Shown: in pieces, positions 10,596 to 25,400 of the stretch
Numbering within the stretch: the first letter of the stretch is position 1
Layout of the letters: every line of letters begins with the position of its first letter
Source of the DNA: Octopus vulgaris
Taxonomy: Eukaryota
Direction of reading: 5' to 3'
Assembly: GCA_951406725.2 (NCBI GenBank)
Contig: OX597819.1
Span: 40,238,001-40,302,000, forward strand
DNA: 64,000 bases
Notes under the pieces: generated by a model
Databases searched by the model: none
What the model was told of the DNA's origin: nothing
The model's input: only the letters and a program-made list of their open reading frames with translations
Translations under genes and position numbers: made by a program

Positions 10596-13500
10596 GTGAG
10601 TTGATCTAACATAAAGGAAAAAAAAAAAAAAAAAAAGGCAATGTGGTTGAATACAAAAACCGGAACTAGTTTCCGTTGTTATTACATGCTTATTGATGAA
10701 ACATGATCGTATTTTTTTGATTTTTACCCACCAGATACAAAATATTCTTATATAATCAACATGATATTACCACGACTTTTAACTGACTTTTAATGTGGTA
10801 GCCAAAAATACTGGATGAATACGGGATCGAACCCGTCTTCATATTCCAATATCAAGTTTTTATTTACTTATTAAGATAGCTCTGATGTAATATTGATTTT
10901 ATTATAAACATATCTGAAGTTTTAATTTGATGCTCTAACTTGGCACAAAAGTGTAATATTTATAATGTTTGCAGAATTAATAAGTTCTTGTGTCGTAGAA
11001 AGAGCTGAATTTTTACCTTTTCGGATCTTTCACTGATCACTAGATTCCCCCCCCTCTACACATACATACACTCCTATGTAATAGATGCGATGGATAAAAA
11101 TCCTTCGCACCGACTTTTGTTTACTTTTTTTTTTGTCCATATGAGTATATAAACCATGCTAAATCCATAACTATTTACCTAAACCAAAGAAAAAAAAAAT
11201 AACTGTCAACTGGGGTTGTACCTGTGTAAAGTGTCTTATATACTACACTATCAGGTCTGTTGACACTTGTTGATGTATACTAAACATTGTTAAAAAAACC
11301 CTTAAATATACACTGACTATTTCGGCAGTATTTTATTAGACTTGAATTTGTTGTCCCTATTTTTAAAAAATTTCAGCGAAATCTTTGCCTGAGTTAAGCC
11401 AAACCTAAAACTAACTTCCTAGTAAATTCATTCTATTATTGTTTATTAGCTTTCCGCTCAACCTATCCATTTTTAGTTGGATATTGTTTATCAGCTTTCG
11501 TCTTAACTTATTTAGTTTCAATTATTTTGTTATCCTAACTTCATTGTATATAAACAAACATTTTGTTTACAGACATTGTTTCGTTGGTTAAAGTAATTTA
11601 TCTTCAAAACGTTTATATTCTTTTGTAATTCAATATCATTGCAATCCTAGTTTGAATTAACGTTGTAAATTTGCCTGCAAGCCACTCTTATGCGTTGCAT
11701 ACTTGACCTGTCAGAAATAGCAGATAAATTACTCTCCAAACACACTGAACTGTCTTAAAAAAAAAAGGAAAGACACATTAGATTAATGTAGCCCTAGAGA
11801 AGCCTATAGATAGGTTGATTATAACTTCAAGGCTTTTCATCATAGATCTGCTTGGCCAGACTTGACCTAGGGTTAAACAATAATTCTCTGGTCTTTTAGA
11901 GATACTTTTAGACAATCTTTCGATTTATCTTCTCTTCCTACAGCAAGCTTTCCCTAACAGAGTTTGCTGCAGATTAGCTGCTTGAGATCCAGATCCAGCA
12001 TACTAGTGGTACTCTCCTGCAGTCTGTCTATGGCAGTGTTAGCTTCAGATATCCTGCTGTTGACCTCTTCCTTAAGATTTGCTGCCCTTGAGAGTGGACC
12101 TGTCAACTATCTGTGGTAACCAGTGGTAGACAACTTGTCTAGTAGGACCCCTCAAAAGGTGCAATCTCTTCTTGACACCACATATCTACTGGAAAGGAAG
12201 ATTCATCCCTCCCTGTATACTGTAACCTCTCACAGGTGCTGTGTTGTGATCCCTGGCAAAAGTTGTTCTTTAGACCCAGGTTGATTTTGATCCAGTAAAC
12301 CTATGATCAAAAGTATTTTATCATCATCATCATTTAACGTGTACCTTTCATGTTGGCATAGGTTGCATGGTTTGACAGAAGCTGCTAAACCAGAGGACTG
12401 CACCAAAACCCACTGTCTGCTTTGGCATGGGTTTTATGGCTGCATGCCCTTCCTAATGCCAACCACTTTACAGTGTTGACTGGGTGCCTTTTTGCATCGC
12501 ACCAGCGCTGGCGAGGTCTGCATTTCAGTTTTTCTTTTCAGACATTGTGTATATAAATTACATTACTCAATGTATCCTTCCTTTTCAAAGTATTAGGGTG
12601 TAATAGAAATGATATTTGACTGCTATTTCTAGAAGGTTGAATAACCAGACAGATTTCTCTTGGTTGAAATTGAAAGCAATCACATGAATTATTTGATTTT
12701 CGTTGGTAGCTATTGAATGTTTAGATATAGAACTACATTAGGTTGTGGATTACATGAAAAAAAAGTGTCAGCGTAGATAAATGTATTTTTGAGGTGTGTA
12801 TGATGGTTCTGTAAGTTGGCTCCTGTTGTGACTGTCTCAGTTTGGCAGTTTGCTGCCAGGGATTTGAAAAGGAGACATTTTCTGAAAATGAAGCTTACTG
12901 TATTTATTGTATTTTAGTTGTACTGTTGTGACATGACAAACTGGACATCTAGATTTATTTATGCCAGATTCCAGACAATGGCATCTATTAATTCCTTCCA
13001 CTCATAAAGTTTTTTTTTATATTTATCATCATCATCATTGTTTAACGTCAGTTTTCCATGCTAGCATGGGTTGGACGGTTCAACTGGGGTCTGGGAAGCC
13101 AGTAGGCTGCGCCAGGCCCAGTCTGATCTGGCAGAGTTTCTACAGCTGGATGCCCTTCCTAACGCCAACCACTCCGTGAGTGTAGTGGGTGCTTTTTACG
13201 TGCCACCTGCACAGGTGCCAGACGAGGCTGGCAAACGGCCACGATCAGATGGTGCTTTTTACGTGCCACTGGCACGGGGGCCAGACAAGGCTGGCAATGG
13301 CCACAATCGGATGGTGCTTTTTACGTGCCACCGGCCAGTCGGGGCGGCGCTGGCAACAGCCACGTTCAGATGGTTCTCTTACATGCCACCGGCACTGGTA
13401 TCACAGCTACAATTTCCATTGATGTTGAAACATTTCTACAGTGAAACATTTTAATGGTTAGAATATTTTTCTTTTCCTACCACAATCTGTAGAAAAAACT

Positions 13501-15259
13501 ACTAGTAAGAATTGTCAACCATCTCCATCTACTAAGGAGAGAGGCCTTTAATCTTTTGCTTGTTCTGTGTATCACATGTAATACATAGACATATTATCCA
13601 GCCTTCCATGCATCATATATAATCCACATTCCTATTTTTTTCTACCACTTAGAGCAAGGGTTCTCAACCTGGGTTCATTTAAGATTTTTGGAGGGCCATG
13701 CAAGAGAATAGTAAATTAGGGATGCCACATCAGTATTTTAAGAGCCCCTGAAAAAAATATGCTTTAGATGTATCTATTGATATGTATTGCAAGAAAGAGC
13801 TAGGTTTCTTTCTATAAAATTTTATATTGTTTAATCTGCACAAGTTAATGTGTGAAATACGAAATAGGAATTTTGAAAGAAGTATTTATAAAACTAGTTT
13901 TTAAACAATGAGAGGTTATGGGAGTTCACCTGAATAAAATAGTAATCAAAAGGGTCCGTAGGTAAAAAATGGTCGAGAACCCTTGCACTAGAGTAACTTG
14001 GGACCTATGAAAGGAAGGCTTTTACTATTCAGAATGTATGAAGCAAAGACTAACTAAAAGTCAGAAAACAAACATGGACATATACACTAAACTTATGAAA
14101 GTGCTTTGGACAGGCAAAGAGTTAAATGTATGTTTGAGTGGAGGCGCAATGGCCCAGTGGTTAGGGTAGCGGACTCGCGGTTTCGATTCCCAGACTGGGC
14201 GTTGTGAGTGTTTATTGAGCGAAAACACCTAAAGCTCCATGAGGCTCTGGCAGGGGATGGTGGTGATCCCTGCTGTACTCTTTCACCACAACTTTCTCTC
14301 ACTCTTACTTCCTGTTTCCGTTGTACCTGTATTTCAAAGGGCCGGCCTTGTCACGCTGAATATCCCCGAGAACTACGTTAAGGGTACACGTGTCTGTGGA
14401 GTGCTCAACCACTTACACGTTAATTTCACGAGCAGGCTGTTCCGTTGATTTGGATCAACTGGAACCCTTGTCGTCGTAACCGACGGAGTGCTTCCATAAA
14501 TGTATGTTTGACCTTCAATAGCAACCAAATATTCTTTAGCCATATCTCAGTTTGAAAACAATTGAGAATTTTGTTGAGTTGAGTAAAATAATTTTTTCAC
14601 AATTAAACTGTTTAGAATATAACTGAATGAATTTTTCATTTCATGAAATTATGATGGAAGGTTTTTATTAAGCAAAAGCACTTCAAAACAGGACGTTTTG
14701 TATCATAGAACTAGGTGCAATCTCAGACAGGTTGGTTTTAAAAAGATTAACCCTTTAGAATTTAAACTGGCTGTATAAGACCCAAATATTCTACCTGTTT
14801 TATGTGCAAATTGGCCATATCTGGCCTGTCACACCTATCCTACTATGTCATTCTAAAAATGTACTATCACATCATTGAAATCTTGAAGCTACATGATAAT
14901 GTAGCATTAATTAAAAACCATGTAAATAAATAAGCAATACATTTGACAATGTTTTAAATCATATTGTGCCATCTTAAACAAAAACACATTGGATTCTGAC
15001 ATCCTAAATATACTGCCTGGAAATAAAATGAGATGATCATGACTGGGAAACCATTTATAACAGTTCAATTCAATCAGTGCTAATAGCTGTAGCTAAGCAA
15101 CAATAACGACTGAGACAGAGATTATGTATTATATAGGAAATTACGGCTTTGTTCAGTCCCACTGCGTAGCACCTTGGGGAAGTGTCTTCTATTATAGCCT
15201 CGGGCCGACCAAAGCTTTGTGAGTGGATTTGGTAGATGGAAACTGAAAGAAGCCCGTCG

Positions 15260-15291
<32 letters not shown>

Positions 15292-18200
15292 TGTGTGTGT
15301 CTGTGTTTGTTTCCCCCCCCCCCCCCACAACATCGTTTGACAACCGATGCTGGTGTGTTTATGTCCCCGTTACTTAGCGGTTCGGCAAAAGAGACCGATA
15401 GAATAAGTACTGGGCTTACAAAAGAATAAGTCCTGGGGTCAAGTGGCTCGATTAAAGGCGATGCTCCTGCATGGCCGCAGTCAAATGACTGAAACAAGTA
15501 AAATAGTAAAAGAGTATGATTATTGTTATCATTGCTGTGTGTATATCAAATGTAAGGAATTGGATGGTACCTAACGTTGCTGTTATTTACTAAAACTGCT
15601 ACTAAACCCAGAATATATTTTTTACTGACTTTTCTTTCCCTCCTGGTTATTATAATGAGGAGTCAGTGTTTCAGTCCCCAGTTGAAGAGATTGCAATCTT
15701 TCATTTCCTTTCTCCTGAAAGTCTCACTCTTTCTTGGTTTTTTTTCTTCGATAATCTAACTCATTAATGTTAGCTTTATTTGAGATATTTAAAGATTTCC
15801 ACTAATGTATCATAATTAAGCATATTAAATTGTCATCATCATAAATTGTTTTTTTTATATTTCAGATATATTTCAGATATATTTGTTGCTTTCTTTTGGC
15901 TAAACAGATAGCTAACTATTGCATAGTCACTCAAATCAACCCTAGTATATCACAGCTACCTATTTTATTAATACCTCCAATTTCAAATTTGGAGTTGCTT
16001 TTTGCCGTTATTTAAAATTGGAATATTTAGGAAAGAATCTCAATACTACAAAGCATTTAGGGCAACACTTTACCACTTGTACCAATGAGAAAGCCTCGGT
16101 GTGGTCACTTAACCCAGCAACCAAATCTTCCTCAAACCAATCCCAGATAAATTATGCCCAAAAAAATGCAAAAAAAAAAATACATACATATAGGCACAGG
16201 AGTGGTTGTGTGGTTAGTAGCTTGCTTACCAATCACATGGTTCCGGGTTCAGTCCCACTGCGTGGCACCTTGGGCAAGTGTCTTCTACTATAGCCTCAGG
16301 CTGACCAAAGCCTTGTGAGTGGATTTGGTAGACGGAAACTGAAAGAAGCCCATCGTATATATGTATATATATGTGTGTGTGTTTGTCCCCCACCCCCAAC
16401 ATCGTCTGACAACTGATGCTGGTGTGTTTACGTCCCCGTAACTTAGCGGTTCAGCAAAAGACACCAATAGAATAAGTACTAGGCTTACAAAGAATAAGTC
16501 CTGGGGGCGATTTCCTTGACTAAAGGCGGTGCTCCAGCATGGCCGCAGTCAAATGACTGAAACAAGTAAAAGAGATACACAGTCATGGTTATGTGGGAAT
16601 GAAGTTTGTTTCACAACCATGATATTTTAGGTCCCACTGTGCAATATGTTAAGCTGACCAATAACTTGTAAGTGAATATAGCAGAATGAAACTATAGAAA
16701 GCTCATTTGACCCCATCATCACTCAGCAACCAGAATTAGGGTGTTTATGTCCCTGTAACAATCTAAAAAAGAAGAAATTTGGGTTGAATTCTGGTTTAAG
16801 CACCGCATAAAACCCCTAGACTTTTTATTTTTTGGAATTTTCAGAAAATTTTTGTAAATTTGTGTTCTACACATGGGAATTCATACAATTACGCAAAAAC
16901 CAAAAAGAAAAATTAAGTGCGTGATTTAAGTGTTATTTGGCTGTTATTTTTAGCACATTTCATACCCCACTTCATTTCTTTGTCACTCTGATGTATTGAT
17001 GTTTTTCAATATCTTTCTCCCCATAAATGCATTTAATGGTCTGTTGCTGGAATTTAAGCAAAAATTTTATACTGTCCATATTTCAAATTCTGATTTTTTA
17101 AAAATTCAAAAAATTTTCAAAAAAACTTTCTTTTTACATAATTGTATGTGTAGAACATATACACAAACATTTTCTGAAAATTCTCAAAATTAAAGTAACA
17201 AGGGGTTTATATGGGGTGCTTCAGGCAGAATTCTGTCAAGATCTGTGCTTTTTAATCTCTTCTTGTTTACTAATACTTATCAACTATTAAACTGGATGCA
17301 TAAGTTCTTAGTTTATTCTTAAAACATTTTTCTTTCCTTTTTGTTTAGGGAAAAGATTGGATCTAACCAGTCAGAAAGTGCTTTGATCTCTCAGTTAGAA
17401 CAAGGCCTGTCTCTGGAATTTGAAAGAAGTGACTGTGCACATAGAATCCGTTTGGTGCTGAGCGAGATATTCTTCATAATTGGCCAGGTAAAAAAAAAAT
17501 TAATAAGTGCATCATTTTCCTATGTAATTATTGTCTTAATAATCTGATTAATTGCAAGAAAGGATTCTTGTTTTTCCCTCTGTTGTTTAGTACCTGATCC
17601 TAATGTTTTTTTCTGTTCTTCATTATTACCATTCCAAGTTATTATTTTCCCTCTATTGCAGTACTACCTGTTAATAATCTTTTTAATGATGAGCCAATTA
17701 TTTATTGCTAAATTTTATTGCAGATCAAAGAAAGTAAAGATTTCTATGTAAAAAGCTCAGAATTATTTGAATGTGAAATATACCTTGAAGATATTTCTGA
17801 TGTCCTCTGTATTGCTCAAGCAGGTAATTTCTAAATTCTTCAAGCAAAACTATCCTGTACAAAACTATTTATTTCAACAGGTTGGTGTAACATAGTGTCA
17901 TCATCTGTATGTTTTTCTTATATTTTGCTAAATATATAGTGAGAAAACGTGATTATATATGAAGGATGAATAGAGATAACTTGAATGGTCTAAAAAAAAA
18001 AAAAAAGATAGTCTTGAAGATTGTTTCTTATTACTGGGATAGAGCTAATGTCTACAATGAAATACAGAATAGGAGAGAGAGAGAGTGGGAGTAGTGAGTG
18101 TGAGAATGTAGACAATAGAAATGGATAAAAAAGGAGGATGATAAATCTCCATCTGATCTATTCCTTAGTTTTAAGAAGACCGATATTTGGTAAATGTTAC

Positions 18201-20481
18201 TACTCATCTAACCCATGCCAGCATATAATATAGACATACAATAATGAGGAGGGGGCAATGGTGGTCAAAGCAATAGCAATAGCAACAATGATGACAACAG
18301 TGATGATCATGATGATAATCATCATCATCATTATCATGTAATTTACTAATAAAGCTCTGGGTACAGTACTATTTCAGTTGCAAAAATATTGGAGCTCATT
18401 GTAGAGGGATAAATAAATTTTCTACTTACATATGCAATAGCCACACCACAAATCACCTTCATTTGCTGCAGGTATCACCTCTATAAGAGTTAAGCAACTA
18501 TCACACTCTGACCACCTTTTCCACTTTTGCTGTGGCCACCATCAGAATCTACAGGCATACAGAAATAGACTGGACTGTGAAGAGCGTGACATATCCATAC
18601 TGTCATACTGTAGTCCATACAGTTTTCAACTGCATTTTGGAGTTTGCAGTATGGCCCTTAGCTTTGCAGATCTTTAACTGGGAAAAAAAAACCCAGATCT
18701 GTGTGCTGTGCCTAGTCATTTGGCATGGACATAGGATTACTTGGTTAAAACTGATTTGGGACTACCGGGTCGTCTGCTGCTGGAGAGGACCGACCAGGTA
18801 AAAGAACTGGGTATCTTGGTGGATTCTTCCTTTTCGCCTTCAGCCCAGTACGTCCATGCTGCCAACAAAGCACGCGGAGTTCTGTTTTTGATTCGATGGT
18901 CATTCGGAATGCTCACAGCAGCCATATTCCTACCGCTCTATGTCATGCTGGTGAGACCCATATTGGAGTACGGGATTCAAGCCTCTTCTCCTTATCTCCT
19001 CAAAGACATACATCATCTCGAAAGTCCAGAAGCTGGCTACCTGCATGGTTCTTAGTCTCAAGCATTTGTCTTATGAAGAAAGGCTGAAGACACTCGACCT
19101 TTATTCTCTAGAAAAACGACAACGCCGTGGTGATCTCATTCTCGCTCACATCATAAGCGGAAAGTGTAACCTCTCGAAAGAGCTGTTCTTCACTCCTGCT
19201 CCAGAGCGTCGGCTGCAGGGTCACTCCAAAAAGCTCTATCTGCGACGATTCCATCTCAATCGAAGGAGAGGGGCTTTCTCTGTCCGGGTTGCGGATCTGT
19301 GGAATAAGCTGCCGGACGAGATAGTGAAGATGCCGATGACTGCTCGGTTCAAAGTCGCTCTTGACCAGAAATGGCCTGAACTCTTTGCATGAACACCCTC
19401 CCTGTACATAACTCCATGTCCCCCCTACATGGCCTTGCTTTTTGCTTTTTGAGCCAAAAAATTAACTTAACTTAACTAACAAAAATGTCATGTCATTTCA
19501 GATCTTTTTGATAACAAAAACATTCTGTGTTAATCACCCATTGGAAATCCTTTCAGTCTCTATTTTGAGGAATAGAAGAATAAGCAATCCTTACATGAAA
19601 CAAATAGACTAACTATTCTGTTCACCTACTTAAATGACACACTTCTCTGATTTATTCTACTTTAATTATTTTTCTATTCCAGAACTTCCATCTCTTCTAC
19701 CTATCGTTTCCTTAGCTAATGCTCTCTTGAGTGTCAAAAATGGTTCATGGCTTCTTTGCAGACTTGTAGCAAATTCTCCTGATTGCTTCCATGAAGGTTT
19801 GTCACTTTTCATTGGTTATATCTCTTAACAAAACACTTAATTTTGTGCACCAGCTGCTTTTGTTTTATTTAATTTGAAAGGAAAAAAAATTAATATTGTC
19901 ACTGATTTTAATTGCATATATACAGTAATACCTCATTTTATGAGGAACCGCTTTACGAGACCCTAGGTTTACAAATTTTACTTTTCAAGCAGAAGATTCA
20001 AATTTTGAATGAAGTGCAAAAGTTTCTACTACCATAACAAATGCTTCTGCATATTACCACGAAATTCATAGATAGCGAAAATAAAAGCGTCTAAGCAAAC
20101 AACTCTAGATTTGTCTTTTAAAAAGAAATGTATAAGTCCATCTATGAGTGCTTGTGAGTCAGCTATTGTATCTACAAGTGATGGTGTGAGCAAATCTAAT
20201 GTGAGTGAAAGTGATTCAGAAAATGATTATAATAATAATATTTTTTTAATTATAAATGGTCCTGACATTCTTTTTACTTTTACATAGCATATCTTTTGCA
20301 TTCTACTGTTGTTTTATTGCCATTTATTTATGAGTATTATAAAATTCATAGGTAAAAGATTTTTCTGGGAACAAATTATGATTTATAACATTACTACTAT
20401 GGGAAATTATTCCTCTGCCTTACAAGTTTTCACTTTATGAGCGGTCGCTAGGAACAAATTAATTCGTAAATCCAGGCATTA

Positions 20482-20542
<61 letters not shown>

Positions 20543-22412
20543 AATTTATCTGTAAAATATATTTTAGAAATGTATTGGTTCTGAATTTAAGGTACAGGAC
20601 TATCAACCAAATGATAATAAATTCAAATTTACTACAAATATTGTGATCTGTCCATGATCTGTTTAGTTAAAATAAAAATAATTAAAAAATTTGTGAGCGA
20701 AACTGAAGAGATCTGGAACATCTGGAACATCTGGCCTAAGTATGATGGACTGACAAAATTTTATTTCTATATTTATGACTGAATACTCAGTGAAAAGAAG
20801 GGCATCCATCTGTAAAAACAACTATTCCAGTAATATATATATATATATATATATACAAATGTTAAAATTTTCAGAAAACTACCCTGTTTGCTAGCATGAA
20901 AAAATGGATGCAAAAAAATGGAAACATTAACAGAAATAAGCAGGATTTTCTTGTTAAGTGGATGTTTTTTTAATCCACAAAATCTGCCACAGACACACAT
21001 CAGCATTCATATATGTACTATACGTCTCCTTTTCAGTATGTAAACATCTGGTATCCCATGGTGATAAAGTCGATGAAGATTCAATTGCTGGCCAAAGGCG
21101 AATGACAACGCTGCAGATATTATGTGCTATGAATCCATCTGAAACGTTAACTGTGCGGTCACTATGTGTAAGTATCAGTAGTTTGGTGTTTATTCTTCCC
21201 TGTTCTTTATTTCCCCTGATTATATAACAATGAACTCTGCTTGCGAAGACCTGTTGAGGCAAGTGAAATCAAAATCAATTCGATGACTGGCATCTGTGCT
21301 AGCAGGGTGCAAATGGCACCATACGAGTGTGATCGTTGACAGAGCAGCTATTCAAGTATGATCGTTACCAGCGTCGCCTTACTGGCACTCATGCCTGTGC
21401 TAGTTGGGTGCCAAGAGCACCATCCGAGCATGATCATTGCCAGAGCAGCCAACTGGCTTCCGTACCCGTGGCACGTACAAGGGCACCATTCGAGCATGAT
21501 CGTTACCAACGTCGCATCACTGGCACCTGTGCTGGTGGCACGTGTAAAAAGATTCGAGCGAGGTCATTGCCAGTACCGCTTGACTGGCCCCCATGCCGGT
21601 GGCACGTAAAAAGTACCCACTACACTCTTGGAGTGGTTGGCGTTAGGAAGGGCATCCAGCTGTAGAAACTCTGGCCAGATCAAGATTGGAACCTGGTGCA
21701 GCCATCTGGCTCGCCAGCCCTCAGTCAAAATCGTCCAACCCATGCTAGCATGGAAAGCGGACGTTAAACGTTGATGATGAACCTGTCAGTATCTAGTGAT
21801 GACAAAGAACTTACAATATGTGTATAACTGGCACCCTGTTGGTTATGACAATGAGATTTCCCGTTGATCCGATCAATGGATCAGCCTGCTCATGAAATGA
21901 ATGCGCAAGTGACTGAGCACTCCGCAAACAAGTGTACTTTTAACATTGTTCTCAGGGTAGTTTAGTGTGACACAGATTGTGACAAGACTGGCCCTTTTGA
22001 AAAACACTGGTACTTCTTGTTTTGCCAGCTGTGTTGACTGGAGCAATGAGAAATAAAGTGTCTTGCTCAAGGACACAATGTGCTGCTGGGTATTGAACTC
22101 ACATCCTGACAACTGTCAACGCAATACCCAAACCACTAAGCCCTGCACCTTTGCAACATGTGTAGAATATATGTGAAATATGAACACATACACACACACA
22201 CACGCACACACACACAGACAGAGAGAGTTGCAGATATGGGTTGTGTGGTTACAAAGTTTTCCTCCTAACCATGTGGTCTTGGGTTCAGTCTCAGTGCATT
22301 TTATTTTGGACAAGTATCTTCTACTAATGTAGTCTCCGACTGACCAAAGCCTTGTGAGAGGATTTTGTTGATGGAAACTGAAAGAAGCCCATTGTTTGTG
22401 TGTGTATATATG

Positions 22413-22486
<74 letters not shown>

Positions 22487-25400
22487 TTAAAATTGAATAA
22501 GGGTAGAAATTGATATTAATCAATTAAAACCAGTGGCCTAGCATATTAAAAAAATCCGAAGATTAAAATATTTTTACATACAAAATTTAAAGGACAGTCC
22601 TTTAAATTTTGTATATATATATACATATATCATCATCATCATCATCGTTTAACGTCCGTTCTCCATGCTAGCATGGGTTGGACGGTTCGACCGGGGATCT
22701 GGGAAGCCAGAAGGCTGCACCAGGCTCCAGTCTTATCTGGCAATGTTTCTACGGCTGGATGCCCTTCCTAACGCCAACCACTCCGTGAGTGTAGTGGGTG
22801 CTTTTTACGTGCCACCTGCATAGGTGCCAGGCGAGGCTGGCAACGGCCACGGTCGGATTGGTGTATTTTATGTGCCACCGGCACGGAAGTCAGTCGAGGC
22901 GGCGCTGGCATTGGCCATGAGTCGGATAGTGCTTTTTACGTACCACCAGACCAGGGATCCTGGCTGGTTCAATTTGATTTCGCTTTCGTTTTCGCTTGCC
23001 CCAACATGTCTTCGCAAGCAAAGAGGGGTTGGCATGGGTGCCTGTCGTACGGTCGGATTGGTGTATTTTACGTGCCACCAACACGGAAGCCAGTGGAGGC
23101 GGCACATATATATATATATATATGTGTGTGTGTGTAAATATGAGTGTGTGTTTGGAATTGCTCTTGTCTTGACATCAGCTGTTGATTGTAAATGACATCA
23201 AGTGATGTCATTCAATTACAGCCTTCCATGGGGAAGCAGATTTTTTTTGCCAACCTTCATTTGCTTCCTAGCAAGGTAACTTGCTAGGAAGCAAATGAAT
23301 GTTGGCAAAAAAAATCTGCTTTTGTCTGACTCAAACAAGCATAGAAAAGTGGACAATAAAATGATGATGATGAGATATATAATCCTTTGTTATAGGTACA
23401 AGGCCTGAAGTTTTGGAGGAGGGATCTAGTCAATTATATGAACCCCAGTGCATAACTGGTACTTATTTCATTGACCCCAAAAGAATGAAAGATAAACTGA
23501 GCCTTGGAAGAATTTGAACTCAGAATGTAATGACAGACAAAATTTTGCCTGGCATGCTAATGATTCTGCTAGCTTCCGACCTTATGATGAGATATTTAAT
23601 ATTAGCCACATAGATTTTCTAAAAGATTACTTTTATTGTTATGTTATATATATATATGGATTGAAAAAAAAAGTGTCTAAATTATAGTCATTCTTAATTA
23701 ATGAAGCTGTGATGAGTCTGCAAACTAATGTTTAAATTGCATTTTTCTTTTCAGATGAAACAAATTAAAATGACAACTCTGAATTTAAATATCTATTCTT
23801 GTTTTTGCATTTAGGTTCAACATTGTGCCATGCCTGGTTTAACAATTTCACTGTCTCTTTCAATGATCCGTGGTAAAAACCATCACAAGAATGGCCCAGC
23901 TTCTGATATTGGAAACAATGACTTGCTTCCTTTCATCACTGGTTTACTGCTTGGCCCAGATCAAAATGTTCGCACTTGGTTCTCACAATATATTAAAAGC
24001 GGTCAAAAGGTCAGTACAATTTATATAAAATCTGAAAGTCTGCTTGAAGTTAAACATATTTTCTAAACATTATACCTATTTCCACACGTTTTCAATTTAG
24101 TGTGCTTTATACATTTAGGTCAAGAAAGAACAATAAGTTATTGTATAAAGTAGAACACTAAGCTCTAAATATTTCACAGTTGACTGACTTCAGGTGTTTT
24201 ATTACAGCCTTCTACATTCTTAGCTCAAATCTTGCTGCAACCAACTTTCCCTTTCATCCTTATGGGATTGATTAACTAAAGTACCAGTCAAGTACTAAGT
24301 TGGTACAATCAATTGTAGCCTTCTCCACTAAATGTGAAGCCTTGTGACAATCTCAGAAAACAACCAGTGCCCTCTGACTGACTCCTATGCCAGTGACATG
24401 TAAAAAACATCATTCGAGTGTGGTCAATGCTAGTGCCACCTGACTGGCCCCTGTGCTGGTGGCATGTAAAAAGCACCCACTACACTCTCAGAGTGGTTGG
24501 CATTAGGAAGGAAGGGCATCAAGCTGTAGAAACCTTGCCAGATCAGATTGGAGCCTGGTACAGCCTCCCAGCTTCCCAGTCCTCAATCAAACCGTCCAAC
24601 TCATGCCAGCATGGAAAACGGATGTTAAATGATGATGATCCTCTATGTCTGAATTTAAGTACTTTTAAGTTTGTTTGTGGGTTTTATCGCATTTTGATCA
24701 ATAATCAATGAAATCGAGCAAATTAAAAAAAAAGACAAAATTTTGTTTATTATTTAATTATGATAGCAAAACAAATAGATTTATAAATTTTATGTCAAAA
24801 CTTGATTGAAAATTTTCAACGTGTGCTCTGTCCGGCAGATTTCAAATCAATCCTTATAATTGCAAAACACATTTTAAAGTATTTCGGGAGTTATCTCCTC
24901 TGCTGCTAACTGAATGTGTTCCTAGGAATAGACCTAGAGAAAATGATTGCAGCCAAATGAAAAATAAACTGTTGTGGGTAGATAAGCGGGATCCAACAAG
25001 AATGAAAATAAAATTATAAAACAAAAAATGATAAAAGTTATAAAATTATAAACAAAATAAAAAAATTAGTTGCTCTTAACACATAAAAAATTACACATAA
25101 AAAAGAACTGACATTTATTTTTCACTTCGGTCAGTATTCGAGCCTCTTTAGATATTCTATTTAAACATCTATATATTTTGTATATATCTCTTTTATTTAT
25201 ATCTTTATCTGCATTGACATTTCTATTATATTTTGTATCAATTTAGAAAAAGAAAGGCAAGATGGTGTTGTTAATCTCTCTCAGGGAAACCCTACTTGAG
25301 TTGCTACAAGAGATACTACCAAAACCTCATGAAGCAATTGCTAATAACCAAGTAATTAAAGCCAGTTCGTTCATCAGACTTTACTGTGCTCTAAAAGGAA

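Noticed and set aside
14138-14200. tRNA genes at the heads of S1, S2 and S3
   Set aside because: They have A/B-box-like motifs but no full cloverleaf, and each continues into a SINE body, often with TSDs.
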